Shown here piece after piece: positions 33,215 to 36,952 of a stretch of 36,952 nt of DNA (within the stretch, counting starts at the first letter, position 1; the number at the start of each line of letters is the position of its first letter). The translations under genes were made by a program, and so were the position numbers. This DNA comes from Lophium mytilinum (taxonomy: Eukaryota), in contig MU004192.1 in assembly GCA_010093605.1 (NCBI GenBank), forward strand, positions 1,310,882 through 1,347,833. The letters are read 5' to 3'. The notes beneath the pieces were generated by a model. It ran no database searches. It was given only the letters and a program-made list of their open reading frames with translations, and had not been told where the DNA came from.

Positions 33215-36200
33215 TATTAGGAAAACCTAAAACTGTAAAAGTTAGAGCTATTAGTGCTCGGCAGTAAACGGCGTAAACTTCTAGTAAACTGCGTAAATTA
33301 CGCAACATCTATATAAACTACTAGCGTAGGTAATATTACTATATAGACTAGTAGTAGTTTATCTATATACTACGCAGCCTAATAATACTTAATTATTATC
33401 TATTATTTTAAACTATTAATAATTTAGTTCTATAGTATCTTTTACCTAATTAGCCTTAGCGGTGCTAGAGCTAATATATACATGCCCCGTATATAATACC
33501 GCCTATATTCTACTATAAAATAATTCTATTTACCGCTCTTCCCTCTCTATAGTAGTATAAGGCGGGGGTGGAAGTAAGTAGAAATAGTAAGTACTTAGGC
33601 TAGAATATCTAATCTTTATTCTNNNNNNNNNNNATGCTTAATATATTCTTAGGTAGACTCTTACTATATTACTACTAAGACCTATTATTTAAAAGTTAGG
33701 CCGCGGTATATAACTATCTATAAATAATAAAAAGTATATAACTATTCTACTACTAATATAAGCTCTAGTAGTAGTCTCTTATATCTATATTATAGAATAG
33801 CCTCTAGTATTATAGCTATAACGCCACCGCCTCTATAGCTCCTTTTTTCTATTTACTTCTTCTATATCTCTTATTTCCCTCTATATTAGTACGCTTTACT
33901 CCTTCTATCTATATTTTAGGTTGCCGCTTCTCTATTTATAGTCTCTTCTATTACACTTCTAATTTTAGGAGTTAGAATACTATTATTTTATAACCCAGCC
34001 TATAGTATACTTATGCGCTAGAAGGTAATAAGAATATATACTCTCTATCTAGCGGGGCAGTTATAGAACCTAAAATATACTTAAAGAAATAGGCTAGAGT
34101 CTCTTTTAAAATGTAAGAATATAAAGGGCACGCTATAATAATTATAAATAATTTTATATAATCCTAGATAATCTTATATAGTACTATAAGAAGAGTTAAA
34201 GATATTAGAGTAGAGGTAGCTTTATTTTCCCTCTCTCTACCGCGTTATTATATAGTAGATAGTTATCTATTACTAGCGTATATAAGGGCTAGGTTATCCC
34301 TATAATACTAGATTAAAGTATATCTAGTGCTAGTAATAGAGTATATATTCTATCCGCCTGCTTATTTTCTAAGGAAAGTAGGGCTAGAGAAGTAGTAGTT
34401 AGGGTAGAGTTAAAAGCTAGTAGAGAATATAGATATATAGTTATATATAGTAGTTAGAAAGATTAAGAGCTATATATATAAAAGATTATACTAGAACTAA
34501 GGCGCTATTATATAAAGTAGAGCGGGAGGGATAGAGAAACTTAGTAGAAAAAAAATTCTATAGAGTAGAGTAGGAGAGATAGAAAAACCTAGTAGATAAA
34601 AAAGCTTATAGAGTAGAGTAGAAGGGATAGAAAAGCTTAGTAGATAATATAAGCTAGTAATACTAAAGTATATTGCCTTTATCTAATATAGCTCTATAGA
34701 ACTATACTAGTCTAACTACTAACCTAGATATTAGTACGCTATTAGCTTTCTATTATAGTAGATACTATTAGTAAGCTATACCTATATACTGCCTCTTATT
34801 CTCTATATTCTAGCTTCTTAGATAAGTTTCTACTAGCTTTAGCCCCTACTATAATTTATTAGTATACGCGATTTTAATACCCGCTATATTCTAAATAGTT
34901 AGCCTTAAGTTAATCTCTACTATAACTTTTCTACCTTTTTAACTCTTACTACCTCCTACTACTCTATAGTGTAGAGAAAGAGATGCAGGGCAGGCTTTTA
35001 TACCTGTAGAATAGAGGAGAATAGTTCTATTATATATGCGGGTAGGCGCTAGAAATTTAAGGCTTAGGTATATATATTTTAACTAATAGTTGCTATATAC
35101 TTTTTTCTTAAGTATACTATTAGAATCTTATATAAGTATGTCTTTATAGTAGTATACTATTATTACTAATAGTTATTCTTAATTGGCCTTAGGTTTAATC
35201 CCTTATATTATAGCTTAACGCGCTAGGTATTGCAACTATAGAATATCTCTAAATAGGTATTATAAGACTAGTAGTATTTTTAAGCGCGTGTAGTTTAGGG
35301 GGTTTATATTAGAAGTAGGTAAATAAGTAGTTTCTAAGTTAGAGCTTAGGGCGGGGATAAACTCTAAAATATAAGGTATATATATATGCTACGTATCTAT
35401 TAAAAGTTAACTTAGTAGTAGTATAAAAGTATAGAAGGTATATAGAGAGTATATATAGGTAGACTTATATAGTTCTATTTAAGGCCGCTTTCTACCTATA
35501 TATGCGCTAGAAAATTAGTAATTTCTTAAGAAGGTACTTACTATACTAAGTGCACACGCCTTCTATATCTACTTTCGGGCATCTTTTAGATAATATTAGA
35601 GAAGTAGAAAATAGTAGAGTTAGTATTCTTTTCTTTATCCCTTACTATATAAGTATATATAATTTCTAAGGCCTTTTTAATGCTAGTCTAAGCTATAATT
35701 AGGCCTATTTTAGCCTTATATAAGGCCGCCTCTACTGCCTCTAAGCTATCTAGGTCTTTTATAGATAATACCTCCTCTATAGTATTTTCTTTATTCTAGT
35801 TAACTTTCTCTACCTAGTTCTTTCTATTATTAAAGTAGTATATATTTAATTTATCTTTATCTTCTATAAAGTCTATAGGCTCTAGTTTATTAGGTAGTGC
35901 TTTATATTTATTCTTTAAGGTTGCACCTTAAGTCTCTTATTCTAATACTACTATTTCTAAGTTCTTCTCTTTAGCCTTAGCTATTACTAAGGTCTCTAGC
36001 AATAATAGTGCCTCTTATATATCTCTAGTCTTCTAGTATATTAAGGTTTATAGCTTATCTATAAAGATATAGATCTCTAGTAATAATAGCGCTACTTATA
36101 TACTTCTAGTCTTCTAGAATATTAAGATCTACGGCTTAACTATAAGGATATGCTTAGTATAAATTTAGACTTCTAGTTAGAGATTATAGTTATCTTTCTC

Positions 36201-36952
36201 CTCTTTCTCCCTAGATATAGCTATATAGCAGCTAATAGCCTTACCTAAGGCGGCGTAATTTAAGTAGAATAATATTAGGTTTATAAGGCTAACTTTAAAT
36301 ATAGAACTATCTTTAGGGTTAATAAAGTAGGCATGTATTAGTAAGAGGACTAAATACAGGTTAGTAAATATATAATCTTTTTACGTGTAGCAGCGGCGTA
36401 TATTTTAGGTCTTAGTAGTAGTAGAAGGTCTTTCTAATATCTATATTAATAAGTATAGATTAGAATATACTTAGTAGAGTAGGTATTAAAGTGTAGCTTA
36501 TATATATAATTAGTGCTGCGCTGCTAGTAATATTAAGTATATTTATAGATATATTAACTTAAAGTCTATAGCTCTTACGCAGCTATACTACTATACCTTC
36601 TTTACCTCTAGAGTATTTAAAGCCGCTCTTATCTAGAACTGCAGGTACTATAAGCTTTTTATACTAGTAAATAGTTAGTAGATATAGGTAGAGAAGTAGT
36701 AGATAGACTTATATAGGCCTAATTCTTAATAAAGAAGCTCTTAGAGCTCTCTCTATAGGCCTTCTTTACTACCTCTAGTATAGTCTTTATCTCTAGCTTA
36801 TTAGACTAGCCGCCCTTTATATTACCTAATTCTTAACTTAGAACTAGGTATAGTAAACACTTATATATAGACTAGATAAGTATATTATATTTAACCTTAA
36901 AGTCTATAATATCTTTCTAAGGGCGCTAGAGAAATATAGTAGCTTTTTTTAG
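33215..36952. mobile_element. Further RIP-mutated repeat(s) interrupting the Gypsy pol; includes assembly gap 33623-33633
   Basis: Pol homology stops at ~33214, where TATTAGG (a possible RIP'd TGT.. LTR start) begins. RIP composition continues to the end of the window. A 48-bp tandem repeat lies at 34517/34565/34613. Confidence 0.65.

Overview
Eukaryotic DNA from a filamentous ascomycete (Pezizomycotina-type GT..AG introns with CTAAC/CTGAC branch points; RIP signature). Positions 1 to ~25.1 kb are gene-rich. They hold the 3' part of a GH31 alpha-glucosidase, NCS6/CTU1, a GNAT acetyltransferase, a degenerate Sulfotransfer_4-like ORF, MRPL22, a PRP24/SART3-like HAT+RRM gene, UTP15, a small Cys-rich secreted/GPI-type protein, STN1 and a SnoaL/NTF2-like gene. 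From ~25.13 kb to the end lies a very AT-rich, RIP-mutated block of nested repeats. It includes a recognisable dead Ty3/Gypsy element (gag zinc knuckle, protease, RT). Main unexplained signals: (1) one dispersed short-repeat family whose core (~CCTGCTGGCTGGGCCACCCCTGACGGTGCTATC) recurs in intergenic arrays with periods of ~65, ~108 and ~151 bp, and flanks UTP15 in inverted orientation; (2) a densely base-paired non-coding segment at ~9.7-10.05 kb; (3) a PRP24 homolog with a single RRM and no LSm-binding tail; (4) a SnoaL-like gene with a possible in-frame Trp-rich alternative segment and two starts. Exon structures were derived by hand and no database searches were run.
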